This document shows, one piece after another, positions 1 to 9,665 of a stretch of 64,000 nucleotides of DNA; position 1 is the first letter of the stretch; the number at the start of each line of letters is the position of its first letter. The position numbers and the translations under genes were made by a program. This DNA is from a virus. The notes below the pieces were generated by a model. It was given only the letters and a program-made list of their open reading frames with translations. It had not been told where the DNA came from and ran no database searches. The stretch spans positions 24,183 through 88,182 of the IMG/VR virus record IMGVR_UViG_3300032893_000001; one strand, 5' to 3'.

Positions 1-973
1 CTGAGGGATGGATGGCTGCCGCCAGCTTCTCCCCACGCGCCTTCAGATCTTGCGGCACGTACCCGGCGAGAACGGAGATCGCGGCTTGCGTTGCAGTCTT
101 GTTCAGCGCGAACGCAGCTTTGGTACGCGGCTCGGTGACCTCCGAGAGGAACCGGTTGAAATCCTGCTCGTTGATGGTGGGCAGGATGGTCGCAAGAATC
201 GAAGCCGCTTTCGGCATCACCGACGTCGCGCGCTGGGCAGCGATGTTGGCTCCCGTCAGGTACTTCTGTCCCTTCGCAGCCGCGGCTCCGCCTTCCTGAA
301 CGAGCTGAGCGCCGCGCCCCATCATCGACTTCGAGGCACGAGCGAGCGCCTGCGGGGCTTTCTGCTGCTTCAGGTACGAACCGATGGTACTCGGGTTGAG
401 CGCCGTCTTCTCCGCCGCGGTCTTCATGCCGCCGCACTTCTCCTTGGCAGCTCCCTCTTTGCCCATGCCGGCGGTCATCACCGCGCCGCCGCCACCGAAG
501 CCGTAGTTCTGACGGTACGGCGGGTAGAGCTGGGAGATCATCGACTGGTCGCCCGGCGTGCGGCTCGTCACGTCGAAGAGCTGCGGGCGGAAGAGCGACT
601 GGCGAAGACGACGCTCGGTGAGCGGCAGCATCTTCGACTGCTCGGTGATGAGAACGTCGAAGGGCTGGAGCTTGCCCTCCTTGATGATGATCGGAATGCG
701 AACGTTGCGAACGCCCGCCGCCTGCATCATCGGAGATCCCTGCTCGCCTTGGATCTCGGTCTTGTTGCTCACTTCGATGTGACCGAAGCCGAAGCGCTGC
801 TCTGCGTCGACGCGGTCCATGACGACGTCCGGCATGAAATCCGCGACGTACGGTACCTGCTTGTAGAGCTCCTGAAGAATCTCCGTCGGCCACTCCGCGG
901 GGTCTTCGGGAAGCATTACCTCCGCGGTGGCGGTCTTCTGGAAATCGATTCGAGAGTCGAGAAACAGCTCCAT
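1..973 (-). CDS. Hypothetical virion/head-associated protein, 3' end runs off the window (not in ORF track)
   Basis: Manual translation from ATG at 973: MELFLDSRIDFQKTATAEVMLPEDPAEWPTEILQELYKQVPY..., open to position 2; GGAG SD upstream; several K-x-A motifs (QKTA, MKTAAEKTA, NKTA, EKLA). Confidence 0.8.
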   Translation of the reverse strand, partial: MELFLDSRIDFQKTATAEVMLPEDPAEWPTEILQELYKQVPYVADFMPDVVMDRVDAEQRFGFGHIEVSNKTEIQGEQGSPMMQAAGVRNVRIPIIIKEGKLQPFDVLITEQSKMLPLTERRLRQSLFRPQLFDVTSRTPGDQSMISQLYPPYRQNYGFGGGGAVMTAGMGKEGAAKEKCGGMKTAAEKTALNPSTIGSYLKQQKAPQALARASKSMMGRGAQLVQEGGAAAAKGQKYLTGANIAAQRATSVMPKAASILATILPTINEQDFNRFLSEVTEPRTKAAFALNKTATQAAISVLAGYVPQDLKARGEKLAAAIHPS

Positions 974-984
974 GAGGCTCTCCG

Positions 985-1599
985 TCAAACGGTGACGAAC
1001 AGAAACTGCATGCCCGTGAAGGCGCCAGGGTCCTTGGTCAAAAGCATAACACCCGAGACCGTATCGAAGGGAAGGAAGCCGTCGGCGCCGAAGTTGTAAC
1101 TCGCGAGCTCGCCCTGCAACGTAGCCAACGAGATGCCGCTCCAGCCGTACCCGACGACAGGCCCCGCTCCAATAGCAGCGTTGAGCTGCGCGAGGAAGTT
1201 CACTCCCGCCAAACGAACGCCAAGCGTCAAGTCGATGAGTGCATTGATGCCACCGATCTTCACGGACAGCGCAGCAGCGAGTCCGAGAGACGCAGAGATC
1301 TGAATGCTCAGCGGAGGAAGTCCAAGAGCAAGAGACGCGGACAGGCTTGCCACGATCGAAAGAGCGCTGGAGATCGTTGCTTTGAGCAACGCGATTGGGT
1401 CAGCGAACTGAACGGAGAAGTTCACCTGCGCCTTGAACTGTCCGACGAAGTCTGCCTTGAGCGCACCGATACCGAACGGGTCGGTGAGCATCAAGTTGAG
1501 CTGCGCGAGTAGTGGCGCGAGGGCTGTCGCTGACGCAGCGGCTCCAACGTTGATGGAGCCTAGGGGGACTGGCCCGACGGTCTTTTGGAAAGCCGACAT
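985..1599 (-). CDS. Hypothetical hydrophobic Ala/Leu-rich virion protein
   Basis: 204-aa ORF collinear with the structural block; candidate promoter 11 nt upstream. Confidence 0.65.
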   Translation of the reverse strand: MSAFQKTVGPVPLGSINVGAAASATALAPLLAQLNLMLTDPFGIGALKADFVGQFKAQVNFSVQFADPIALLKATISSALSIVASLSASLALGLPPLSIQISASLGLAAALSVKIGGINALIDLTLGVRLAGVNFLAQLNAAIGAGPVVGYGWSGISLATLQGELASYNFGADGFLPFDTVSGVMLLTKDPGAFTGMQFLFVTV

Positions 1600-1610
1600 T
1601 TAGTTTTGCC

Positions 1611-1621
1611 AGATTACCACA
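1611..1621 (-). promoter_or_regulatory. Candidate structural-strand promoter TGTGG-TAATCT (extended -10-like)
   Basis: Intergenic, 11 nt upstream of ATG 1599; matches TGNGGTAWYYT found before three other minus-strand units. Confidence 0.55.
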
Positions 1622-1695
1622 GGAGAACGCATCAAGACCTGGACGGCAGCCTGAAGTAGCCGAGGATTGTGCCGAAGGCTCCACCCTGAAAAAAA

Positions 1696-3021
1696 TCAGC
1701 CTAGCAAATTCGGGTTCCCACTGATGATGCTGCCTTGTACTCCCGTCGGGATCGTGATGAAGCCCGCGAGAGGAACACCAGGCTGAATCGGACCGGCCGT
1801 GATTTGAAGGATACAAGGGGCGCCCAGCGGCGGCATGCCAAGTCCGACGCCTCCTTGAATCGCGTCGCCTTGTCGTGCGACAGGCGTCGTGCCCTGTTGC
1901 AGACGAACGATGTCCCCCTTGATCTCCGTCGAGGGGCCGCCGTTGATCGTTGCGCCATCCGTCGCGGTCATGGAGATCGTCTTCGCGCTGAAGTCGAACG
2001 AGTCTCCGATGCTGACCTTCACCTTCTTTCCGAACTCGAAGTACGCGCTGCCCTTCGATCGGAGGAAGACGTTGCCAGCCTTGTCGAAGTAGAAGCGCAG
2101 AGAGACCTGCTTGACGACGCCGCCGTTGACGACGTCTCCGCTCACGGTCTTGAAGCCCTGCTGCGCGAGCGTGACTTCGTAGACGATGATCGGATCGAAC
2201 CCAAGGTTGCTCTGCGCATCCGCTCCGCTCGAGCCTGCATCTTCGCCCACCGGATTGAAGATCTTGCCCTTCGCGATTCGAAGATCGGCGTACTTGTCGT
2301 TGGCGTAGAGACGGTACGTCTGCATCTCCTGTGCGGGCGGATTCTGCACTGAAGGACCTTCTTGAATCCCCCACGAGACAGAACCGCCGACGTTCTGGTG
2401 TTCGTAGGCACCAGAGAGATCGAGAATCTTGTTGCCGATCGGAATGTAGATGCGCTTCGCAATTTCCGTCGCGCCGATCTCGATCACGCCGCCTCGATGC
2501 AACGTGATGAAGTTGCCATCGCGCGTTCGCAGAAAGATGTCGCCGGGCTTCGCAGGCGGTCGACCTGCGTCGAAGCGTGCGTCGACGTTCGGATAGGGAA
2601 CCGTCCCACCGCGCGACCGCGTACCCGCAGGAGCGTCTTGATCGTCGACGTTGTCTGGGTTCGCCGTTTGGCTTCCCTGCTGCGTCGTCACGATGGACTG
2701 ATTCGGGTCGTTCATCTTCGCGGTCGCGTTGGCCGTCTCCATCGGCGCGACGAACGACTGAACGTAGGGGGGAGAGCTGTCACTCGGCAGGCAAAGCATG
2801 ACCACGGCACCGACTTCAGGCATGACGTAGATGCCCTCGCCGTTGTTGTAATGGAGGTACGCCGCCGCAACCTGCACGTCCAAGTAGTACTTGCGGTCGA
2901 ACTGCGTGATGACGTCGACCGTCCAGTTCACCATGTTCACGTTCAGAACACGACCATGCACGATCTCCGCGGGGTCGTTCCCCGCGCGGTGGTGCAGCGT
3001 AGTTCGAAACCGTTTCGCCAT
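1696..3021 (-). CDS. Baseplate central spike / puncturing protein (gp5/gpV/VgrG-like) with PAAR-like tip
   Basis: N-terminal OB-fold-like segment (GRVLNVN..WTVDV..MPEVGAVV), beta-rich repeats, C-terminal PVARQGD...GSIISG. Confidence 0.65.
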   Translation of the reverse strand: MAKRFRTTLHHRAGNDPAEIVHGRVLNVNMVNWTVDVITQFDRKYYLDVQVAAAYLHYNNGEGIYVMPEVGAVVMLCLPSDSSPPYVQSFVAPMETANATAKMNDPNQSIVTTQQGSQTANPDNVDDQDAPAGTRSRGGTVPYPNVDARFDAGRPPAKPGDIFLRTRDGNFITLHRGGVIEIGATEIAKRIYIPIGNKILDLSGAYEHQNVGGSVSWGIQEGPSVQNPPAQEMQTYRLYANDKYADLRIAKGKIFNPVGEDAGSSGADAQSNLGFDPIIVYEVTLAQQGFKTVSGDVVNGGVVKQVSLRFYFDKAGNVFLRSKGSAYFEFGKKVKVSIGDSFDFSAKTISMTATDGATINGGPSTEIKGDIVRLQQGTTPVARQGDAIQGGVGLGMPPLGAPCILQITAGPIQPGVPLAGFITIPTGVQGSIISGNPNLLG

Positions 3022-3024
3022 GAG

Positions 3025-6000
3025 CTAGTAATGGTGCGGCGCGACCGCAGGCGTCTTTCCATGCGCCTTGGTGGAAGTAGCCAAGCCGAACTCGGCGCCG
3101 TACGCAACACCTGGAATCGGGTGAGCTCCGTGGATGTGCGAAGCCAGCCCCATCGAGGCCGCTTCCATCAACGTGTTGCGCAACCGCTGGTGCTGAAGCT
3201 TGGCCATCCAGTCTTCTTGCAGCGACAGCGGGAGCATGTCTACTCCCTGAAGAACCGGTTCGTGCAAGATCGGCTGCTTGCCTTTGAGCTCCGTGTCGTT
3301 GATCTTGCGGATCATCGACGTCGGGTAGAACTCGCCGCGGAGAACGTGCGGGTGGTCACCAGGGTCCTGGACCTTGGTGAGGTTGCTCATCGACTTGACC
3401 AGCGTCTCCACCGCGCGACGACGAAGCCCCTCGTCCTTGTACAAGTCGTAGATGCTGGCGGCGAGATGGTTCTGCACCTTCTCGATCGACTTCGTCGCCC
3501 GGTACAAGTCGTGCGGGTTGACGTACGTACGATTCGGATCGGAGAGCACTTGCCCTGCGTCGACGTGCAGACCAACCTCCGGCGGCTGCCATCCGACGTA
3601 GCTCTTGGCCGTACGGTCCGCATGCGGCAAGTCTTCGTGGAGCGGCATGCCGCCAGCGTCGCGACCGACGTGGTGCGGCTGCCCGTTCACCCAGATTTTC
3701 ACGCCGGTCGGGTCTTTCTCGATGCGCTCGATCTTTCCACTCGTCATCGCCACCGTCGCGGCGTTGGGAATCTTCCTCGGCAGCTTGGTGAGCTGTTCGA
3801 AGCGAGCGAACTGGTTCAAGATCTTCGAGCCGCCACCAGCCTCCTGCACGCCGCCGGTGTGGAAGCTCTTGAGCGTGAGCTGCACCGCGCGCTCTCCAAC
3901 TGCCTGCGCGGCCATGACGCCGACGTTCGTACCTAGAGGATGCAGAGCGCCGTTGACCGAGGGGCCGACGTCCATCTGGCAGAGGCCCTTCGGCATCTCG
4001 CACTTGAGCGGGCTACGAACAACGACACGCGCGTTCTTGTCCGCCGCTCGAATCTGAGCGACGAGGTCCGGCGTGAGCAGCGTATTGCGGGGAATGTGCA
4101 GGTTGCCTGCCTTGAAGTCCTGCGCGAGGTAGCGATCGTGCACGTCCTTCTCGCCGATGGACAACGATACACCGTTGTGGGTACCGCAGTCGTGCCCCTC
4201 GACCATCATGTTCATCGAGGTATTCATCAGGAGCTTCGAGATGGCGCCCGGCTCTTGAACCTCTTGCACCTTCATGACGGCGCCTCGACGCGCGCCATGG
4301 AGCTGCGTCCAGTAGCCTGCGAGATCGAGTCCTTCGGCGTAGCTCTTGGTCACGGGCGTCGGAATGAAGCGGTCCGCCGAGTCCTTGAGAATCATCGGCG
4401 CCAAGACCATCTGCTTGTACTGGTCCCAGCTCGGCTTCACGCCGGCGGCCTGCATCAGGAACAAATTCGACGGGTGCGCCGACATCGTGTCCGTGTGCGC
4501 CTTCTTCATATCGTCGGACGCCTTGATCCAGGCATCGACAGAGCGACGCTCCTTCTCTGCCTCGGAGATGTTCATCGCGTGGATCGCATCAACCTTCTTC
4601 TGCGCTTCGCCCAAGACCCGACCGCGCGCTGCCTTGTCCGGCGTCACGTCATCGAGGGACAACGAATGCGTGCCGATCGGCAACCACTTGTCCTTCACCA
4701 GGTCCGTCTTGATGAGGCCGAAGGACGCTCCGTTGCCGATATCCTTGATGTCGTTGACGATGCGACCGAACTCGTGTCGATGGTTGTTGCCCACGTCCGT
4801 GAGCAAAGAATCGAGCCCTTTCTTGTCGATCTTGAAGGAGAAGTCGGTGAGCATCTTCTGCTGCATCGCCTCCGGCAGCGCCGACGCAAGAAGAACTCGA
4901 CCAGGCGTCGTCTTCTTTCCCTTCATCGTCACCACGTCGGTGTAGCTCACAACGCCACGACGAAGAGCGTCTGCGACCTCCGCAGGGCTAGAAAAGAGAT
5001 GCTTCGTCTCGTTCCCGACGAGGGACAGCTTGTACAGCCCGAGCGCGCTCTCTAGCGTCGGTTGGTACATGACCTTGCCGGACGCCTCGTTGAAGATGTT
5101 GTTCGACGGGAACATCTTCTCTGCTTCTCGAACAGCTTCGCTGCTGATGGGAACGAACATCGCCATCGTGTCGCCGTCGAAGTCCGCGTTGTACCCACCC
5201 GTAACGAGCGGGTGGATCTGAATCGCACTTCCGTGAACGAGGCGGGGCTTGAACGCCTGGACGGAGTACTTGTGCAGCGCGGGGTCGCGCTTCAGCAGGA
5301 CGGGGCGCTCGCTCATGACGTGCTCGAGCGCGTGCCACACCGTGGGATCGTCCTTGCCCTTGTGTACGTCGGACAAGAGCTTCTGCGCTTCGAGCGGATT
5401 CTTCGCGAGGCCCTGAAGCACAAGCTGACGAACGACGAACGGTCGAAAGAGCGTGAGAGCGGCGTCCTTCGGAACGCCGACCTCGTCGAGGCCGAGAGCC
5501 GGCTCTGGAACGATCGTCGAGCGCATGGTCAGATCTTGTCGACGGGTGATCAGCGTCTTCTGGAAGAACCCTTCCTTCGGCTGCGACCCCTTGATCTGCT
5601 CGAGCAGCCCGCGCTCCTTGCGCTCACGGTTGAGTGAGCCGACGCCGACCAGCGCCTTGATGCCATCGTAGTAGTCGTCACGGAGCTTCTGCTTGCGCTT
5701 GTCCGTGAGGTTGGCCTGAAGAACCGGGTCCTTCAGCTTGTCGTTGACCTGTGCGAACTGAGCGTAGAGCCCGTTCACGTCCTCGTACTTCACGTTGCCA
5801 TCCTGCATCACCGTCAATGGGCGAATGACCGGAGGCAAGATCGGAAGGTTGTGCAAGATGTACGCTTCCGACGGCTTCAGATCGAGCTGATGAAGCGCCT
5901 CGAGGTACTTCACGCGCTTGAGCGAAGAGTCGAGCTTCGACGCAGATGCTGTGCGCAGCTCTCGACGAGCTCGTTGAAGTTCACCGGGAACCTCGATGCG

Positions 6001-9000
6001 ATCGAGTAGCATCTTGATGCCCGCGCCGCCGGCGACTCCATCCTTCGCAGAGACGATCTTGAACGTCGTCGGATGAACGCCGAGCTCACCGGAGACGACT
6101 CCATCGAAGTTCTTCTGGGTCAGCCCCGTCAAGCTCTTGATCGCGTTCTCGAACACCGGGTTCGGAACAGGCTCCGCAAGCTTGATGTGCGACCACTTCG
6201 TGCCGCCGTGCCCTCCCGTGACCTTCTCATCGAAGAGCCCGCCCGGCATCGGCTTGAGCTCTCCCGTCTTGTCCGCCTTCGCGCGAACGAGCTTGCCAGC
6301 GTCCTTCAGCTCACCGCCCGACATCGACAGAATGTGCTTGTCCGTCAACGGGGACAGCACGAGGTTGCTGCCATGCTTCTCGATGTTGATGCCCGCGCCC
6401 TTGAGCATCTCGGTGAACTTGTGGAAGGCGAACGTCGGCTTCGGAGGAGGAAGCGCAGTCCCTTCTTGAATCGCCTTCCACACGTCGATGTGCTGTGAAG
6501 GCCAACGCTTGGCCTCGTTCGATTGGGGATCGGTGCCTTCGCTCTTCCACGTCTGCATCTCGCGGATGTTCGCTCGAGCTCCGTGCGCCAGCATCGCGTA
6601 CAAGCCGAGTGCACCAAGACTCTGCCCACCTGCGTGACCGCCACTCGAGGGCTGAAGATTCATGTCGTAGCCCTCGGAGCCAGGCATGCCCGGCAAGTTC
6701 ATGCCGGAGCGGACCGAGAGCTTCTTCTCGACTTGATGCACGAGCTTCAGCATGTACTGCGGACCGGTGAGGGCCTTGCCGAGAGACTTCTTCGTGATCG
6801 GGTCGAAGAGCTCCTCGGTATCACTGATGCCATGCTGCTTCAGATCGCTTTTCACCTTCTCGAGGTAGTCGGGCGTCTTCGCATCGAAGTTCTTGACCAC
6901 GTAGGGCTTGCCGGTCTTTTCGGCGATCTTCGCCGCAGCAGTCTCGAGCATCTGCCCGATGTTCATACGACCGGGAACGCCCGACGGGTTCAGCAGCACG
7001 TCGACGGGCTTGCCGCTCTTGTCGTGCGGCATCTCGTGGTTCGGCAAGATCATCGTGACGATGCCCTTGTTGCCGTATCGCCCCGCCAACTTGTCGCCGA
7101 CCTGCATCGGCTCCGTGGTTCGCACGTGGACCGTGATCTTGTCCGGGCCGCGGTGAACACCGACGACCTCGCCTTCGAACTCGGAATCCCAACGAACGGA
7201 GCTGTCCGTGTGGTGTCCTAGTACGTGCTTGCGCATGGCAGCGAGTCCGGTTCGATCTTTCACCTCGAAGGGGCGCATCGCCACAATCAGTGGATCGCCA
7301 GGATGAACCTTCTGTCCGACGCGAACGACGCCCTTGTCGTCGAGCTTGTCGAACTGCTTCGAGTTGAAGACGCCAGGGTGCTGCTGGTTGAACTGCTTGG
7401 GATCGAAGACGACGTTGTCGATCTTGTCGAGACTGTGCTTGTGCAGGTGCAAGCTGGACAACTTGTCCGCCGCGGCCTGGCTGATGACCACGCCGTCCTC
7501 GAAGTTGTACCCCTTGAATGGCACGTACGAGACGCGCAGGTTCGTACCGAGCGCAAGCGCTCCGCCCTTGGAGAAGTTGGTGTCCGCGAGAACTTGCCCT
7601 GTCTTCACGTGCTGACCGACGCTGACTGTCGGCGTCGAGTGAAGGACGCTCTTCGCGTCGTTGAGCGGGTAGTAGTGGTACGTCTGCACCTCGTGATCCA
7701 CACCGTTCTTGTCCGTGACGATCACGCCATCCTTGAGCAGCTTCTTGACCGTCCCATCGACAGGAGAACGTTGCGACGTCTGATGCCCAAGAACGCGCTC
7801 GAAGGTGTCGATGCCTTCTGCTGCGACACCCGACGATACCTGCACCAACGGAGCCTCGCGGTTGACGAGGGAGATCGCTTGCTCCATGTGGCGGCTCGCC
7901 ATTCCCGCGCGGCCGCCCGAGTTGTTCCCCAAGAAGGGAATGAGGTTCGACGTCAGGTTGAAGAGCTGGCTCGAGTGCCGCAGAACGTAGTCCGCTTCTT
8001 GAAGCTTGCCTTCCTCGATCTTGTTGCCCTTGCCCACCATCTTTACGCGGCCGGAGGTGGCGTGGGGCTTTCCATCTTTCCACTCGACCTGGTCCGGCAG
8101 CGCGACACGACTCACAGCAAAAGTGTCTGGGCCGATGTCCTCGATACGCCCAGTCTTCATGTTGTAGAGCGGGATTCTCGCTTCGTTGCCGATCTTCTTC
8201 ACGCCAAGAGGCAGGCGCAGCGTTACCCCTGTCTTCTCTCCTTCCGGAGTGTTGATGGGATCGAGGAACCCGATGTGCGAAGGATTGATCATCTTCGCTT
8301 CGTTGTTGACACTGCGCTCCGTTTTGATGCCGCCAGGACCCATGATCGTGGTCTGCATCGCTGAAGACGCCATCTCGAGAGGGTTGATCTGACTGGCTGC
8401 TCGAGAGACTGCGGCTCCCGTAAAGAACTGTCGAATGGGCTCGTTGAAGACGTCGAATTTGACGACGTCGCGAATGCCGCTGACGCGTTGGCTGTTGAGC
8501 TGCCGCTGCACCTTCTGAGTAATCGGGCGCGCGACGCGACGAAGAGCGTCCTGCGCATAGTCGCCAACCGTCCTCAAATTCTTGAAGGTCAAAGAGTCGC
8601 GATCATCCTCTGGAGCGCCCGCCTGCACCTTGAGGAGCTTCTTAGTTGCAAGATGAAGAGCGTCCCCCGTCACGTGGTCGAATCGCTGACCGAGTGTGCG
8701 TTCCGTGACCTCGGGTAGAAGCCTGGACTCCTGCATCGTGTGGAACAGTAACTCCTCGACTTCCTTCCGAGACGTCGCCGGTTTGCCCGTAGTCGTCTTG
8801 TAGAACTGCTCGAGTGTTCCTGCCGTACGCTTAGCGTTCTTATTCGCGCTGAAGATCTCCTTACCCCACGACTTCTCGAGGTCGTCGTCACTCACCCCCA
8901 TCGTCTTGAGGAGCGGGTAGATTGGAAGCTTGGCCTTCTTGTACTTGACGGTGAACTGCTTCGAAGCGGGATCGAAGATGATGTCAAAGCTGCTTCGACT

Positions 9001-9411
9001 AACGACGTTGAACTTCGCGTTCAGTTCCCCGTTGTCTTGCCGACGAACGTAGACACCCGGCTTGAGCTGCCACTGGTTGTCGACCTGGTACTCCTGCCCA
9101 TCGACGATGTAGCTGTAGCGCTCGGTCGGCCGAGGGAGCTCCATCAGACGAACGCGTTTCTGGTCGATGACCTTGTTCGTGTCGTTGTCGCGCAGCGACA
9201 TCGTGGCGTAGACCGGCACCGCCCACGTCTTGCCGTCGATCTTCGCTTGGTGCTGCGAGCGAATGTCATTCGAGCGAAGGTTGTCTTCCACGTCGATGTT
9301 GTCGAGGTGAAGCGACAGCGTGCGCCCTCGGATCGGGAAGTGCGTCTTCACGGTGTCGACGACGTGGGAGCGCAGGTCTTCGAATGCTTCGTCGGGGTTC
9401 AGGTAGGCCAT
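3025..9411 (-). CDS. rpoBC: DNA-directed RNA polymerase, fused beta-beta' single polypeptide (2128 aa)
   Basis: beta motifs TPEGEKTG, GYNFEDG, GDKLAGRYGNKG, NPSGVPGRMNIGQ; beta' motifs LPILPPVIRP, RDPALH, catalytic NADFDGD (5170-5190), bridge helix HGARRG, trigger loop AQAVGERAVQLTLKSFHTGG. Confidence 0.97.
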   Translation of the reverse strand: MAYLNPDEAFEDLRSHVVDTVKTHFPIRGRTLSLHLDNIDVEDNLRSNDIRSQHQAKIDGKTWAVPVYATMSLRDNDTNKVIDQKRVRLMELPRPTERYSYIVDGQEYQVDNQWQLKPGVYVRRQDNGELNAKFNVVSRSSFDIIFDPASKQFTVKYKKAKLPIYPLLKTMGVSDDDLEKSWGKEIFSANKNAKRTAGTLEQFYKTTTGKPATSRKEVEELLFHTMQESRLLPEVTERTLGQRFDHVTGDALHLATKKLLKVQAGAPEDDRDSLTFKNLRTVGDYAQDALRRVARPITQKVQRQLNSQRVSGIRDVVKFDVFNEPIRQFFTGAAVSRAASQINPLEMASSAMQTTIMGPGGIKTERSVNNEAKMINPSHIGFLDPINTPEGEKTGVTLRLPLGVKKIGNEARIPLYNMKTGRIEDIGPDTFAVSRVALPDQVEWKDGKPHATSGRVKMVGKGNKIEEGKLQEADYVLRHSSQLFNLTSNLIPFLGNNSGGRAGMASRHMEQAISLVNREAPLVQVSSGVAAEGIDTFERVLGHQTSQRSPVDGTVKKLLKDGVIVTDKNGVDHEVQTYHYYPLNDAKSVLHSTPTVSVGQHVKTGQVLADTNFSKGGALALGTNLRVSYVPFKGYNFEDGVVISQAAADKLSSLHLHKHSLDKIDNVVFDPKQFNQQHPGVFNSKQFDKLDDKGVVRVGQKVHPGDPLIVAMRPFEVKDRTGLAAMRKHVLGHHTDSSVRWDSEFEGEVVGVHRGPDKITVHVRTTEPMQVGDKLAGRYGNKGIVTMILPNHEMPHDKSGKPVDVLLNPSGVPGRMNIGQMLETAAAKIAEKTGKPYVVKNFDAKTPDYLEKVKSDLKQHGISDTEELFDPITKKSLGKALTGPQYMLKLVHQVEKKLSVRSGMNLPGMPGSEGYDMNLQPSSGGHAGGQSLGALGLYAMLAHGARANIREMQTWKSEGTDPQSNEAKRWPSQHIDVWKAIQEGTALPPPKPTFAFHKFTEMLKGAGINIEKHGSNLVLSPLTDKHILSMSGGELKDAGKLVRAKADKTGELKPMPGGLFDEKVTGGHGGTKWSHIKLAEPVPNPVFENAIKSLTGLTQKNFDGVVSGELGVHPTTFKIVSAKDGVAGGAGIKMLLDRIEVPGELQRARRELRTASASKLDSSLKRVKYLEALHQLDLKPSEAYILHNLPILPPVIRPLTVMQDGNVKYEDVNGLYAQFAQVNDKLKDPVLQANLTDKRKQKLRDDYYDGIKALVGVGSLNRERKERGLLEQIKGSQPKEGFFQKTLITRRQDLTMRSTIVPEPALGLDEVGVPKDAALTLFRPFVVRQLVLQGLAKNPLEAQKLLSDVHKGKDDPTVWHALEHVMSERPVLLKRDPALHKYSVQAFKPRLVHGSAIQIHPLVTGGYNADFDGDTMAMFVPISSEAVREAEKMFPSNNIFNEASGKVMYQPTLESALGLYKLSLVGNETKHLFSSPAEVADALRRGVVSYTDVVTMKGKKTTPGRVLLASALPEAMQQKMLTDFSFKIDKKGLDSLLTDVGNNHRHEFGRIVNDIKDIGNGASFGLIKTDLVKDKWLPIGTHSLSLDDVTPDKAARGRVLGEAQKKVDAIHAMNISEAEKERRSVDAWIKASDDMKKAHTDTMSAHPSNLFLMQAAGVKPSWDQYKQMVLAPMILKDSADRFIPTPVTKSYAEGLDLAGYWTQLHGARRGAVMKVQEVQEPGAISKLLMNTSMNMMVEGHDCGTHNGVSLSIGEKDVHDRYLAQDFKAGNLHIPRNTLLTPDLVAQIRAADKNARVVVRSPLKCEMPKGLCQMDVGPSVNGALHPLGTNVGVMAAQAVGERAVQLTLKSFHTGGVQEAGGGSKILNQFARFEQLTKLPRKIPNAATVAMTSGKIERIEKDPTGVKIWVNGQPHHVGRDAGGMPLHEDLPHADRTAKSYVGWQPPEVGLHVDAGQVLSDPNRTYVNPHDLYRATKSIEKVQNHLAASIYDLYKDEGLRRRAVETLVKSMSNLTKVQDPGDHPHVLRGEFYPTSMIRKINDTELKGKQPILHEPVLQGVDMLPLSLQEDWMAKLQHQRLRNTLMEAASMGLASHIHGAHPIPGVAYGAEFGLATSTKAHGKTPAVAPHHY

Positions 9412-9428
9412 TGCGGGTGCTCTTGAGC

Positions 9429-9439
9429 AAGTTACCCCA
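9429..9439 (-). promoter_or_regulatory. Candidate promoter of the RNAP gene, TGGGG-TAACTT
   Basis: 17 nt upstream of RNAP ATG in a divergent intergenic region; fits TGNGGTAWYYT. Confidence 0.55.
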
Positions 9440-9473
9440 CGCGCAGAACGTCGAGCAAGACGAGTGCAGACGC

Positions 9474-9483
9474 AGGAACAAGA
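9474..9483 (+). promoter_or_regulatory. Candidate plus-strand promoter motif AGGAACAAGA
   Basis: Identical 10-mer is intergenic upstream of recA (30831); related to CGGWATAAGGG at 19818 and 24774. Confidence 0.4.
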
Positions 9484-9536
9484 ACTATGGCGAAAAACAT
9501 CGCGTTCGCCGCAAAAACGCAGCGTTGGAGAATTTG

Positions 9537-9665
9537 ATGACGAACTGCCCGATCGAGCCCGGCGACAACGCCGGCAAGAGGTTCGAAGAGATCATCGACC
9601 GGCTGTTTTGGAACGATGAAGACGTGGACGACGAGTGCGACGAGGAAGACCAAGAGGAGGACTGA
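9537..9665 (+). CDS. Small highly acidic protein (42 aa)
   Basis: GGAG SD then ATG 9537; MTNCPIEPGDNAGKRFEEIIDRLFWNDEDVDDECDEEDQEED; first gene of the plus-strand island. Confidence 0.6.
   Translation: MTNCPIEPGDNAGKRFEEIIDRLFWNDEDVDDECDEEDQEED

Noticed and set aside
1622-1695. Possible HDV-like ribozyme (TCCTCGG loop-like sequence on the minus strand)
   Set aside because: Could not build the required P1/P3 pairings by eye
8-8364. Long plus-strand ORFs (8-1099, 2362-3936, 3940-5055, 7225-8364)
   Set aside because: Antisense shadows of real minus-strand genes; high-GC codon bias removes stops in the mirror frame; no SD or motifs
3025-9411. Cellular rpoBC locus (as in Helicobacter or Wolbachia fusions)
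   Set aside because: No flanking ribosomal-protein genes; highly diverged and reduced; neighbours are phage genes
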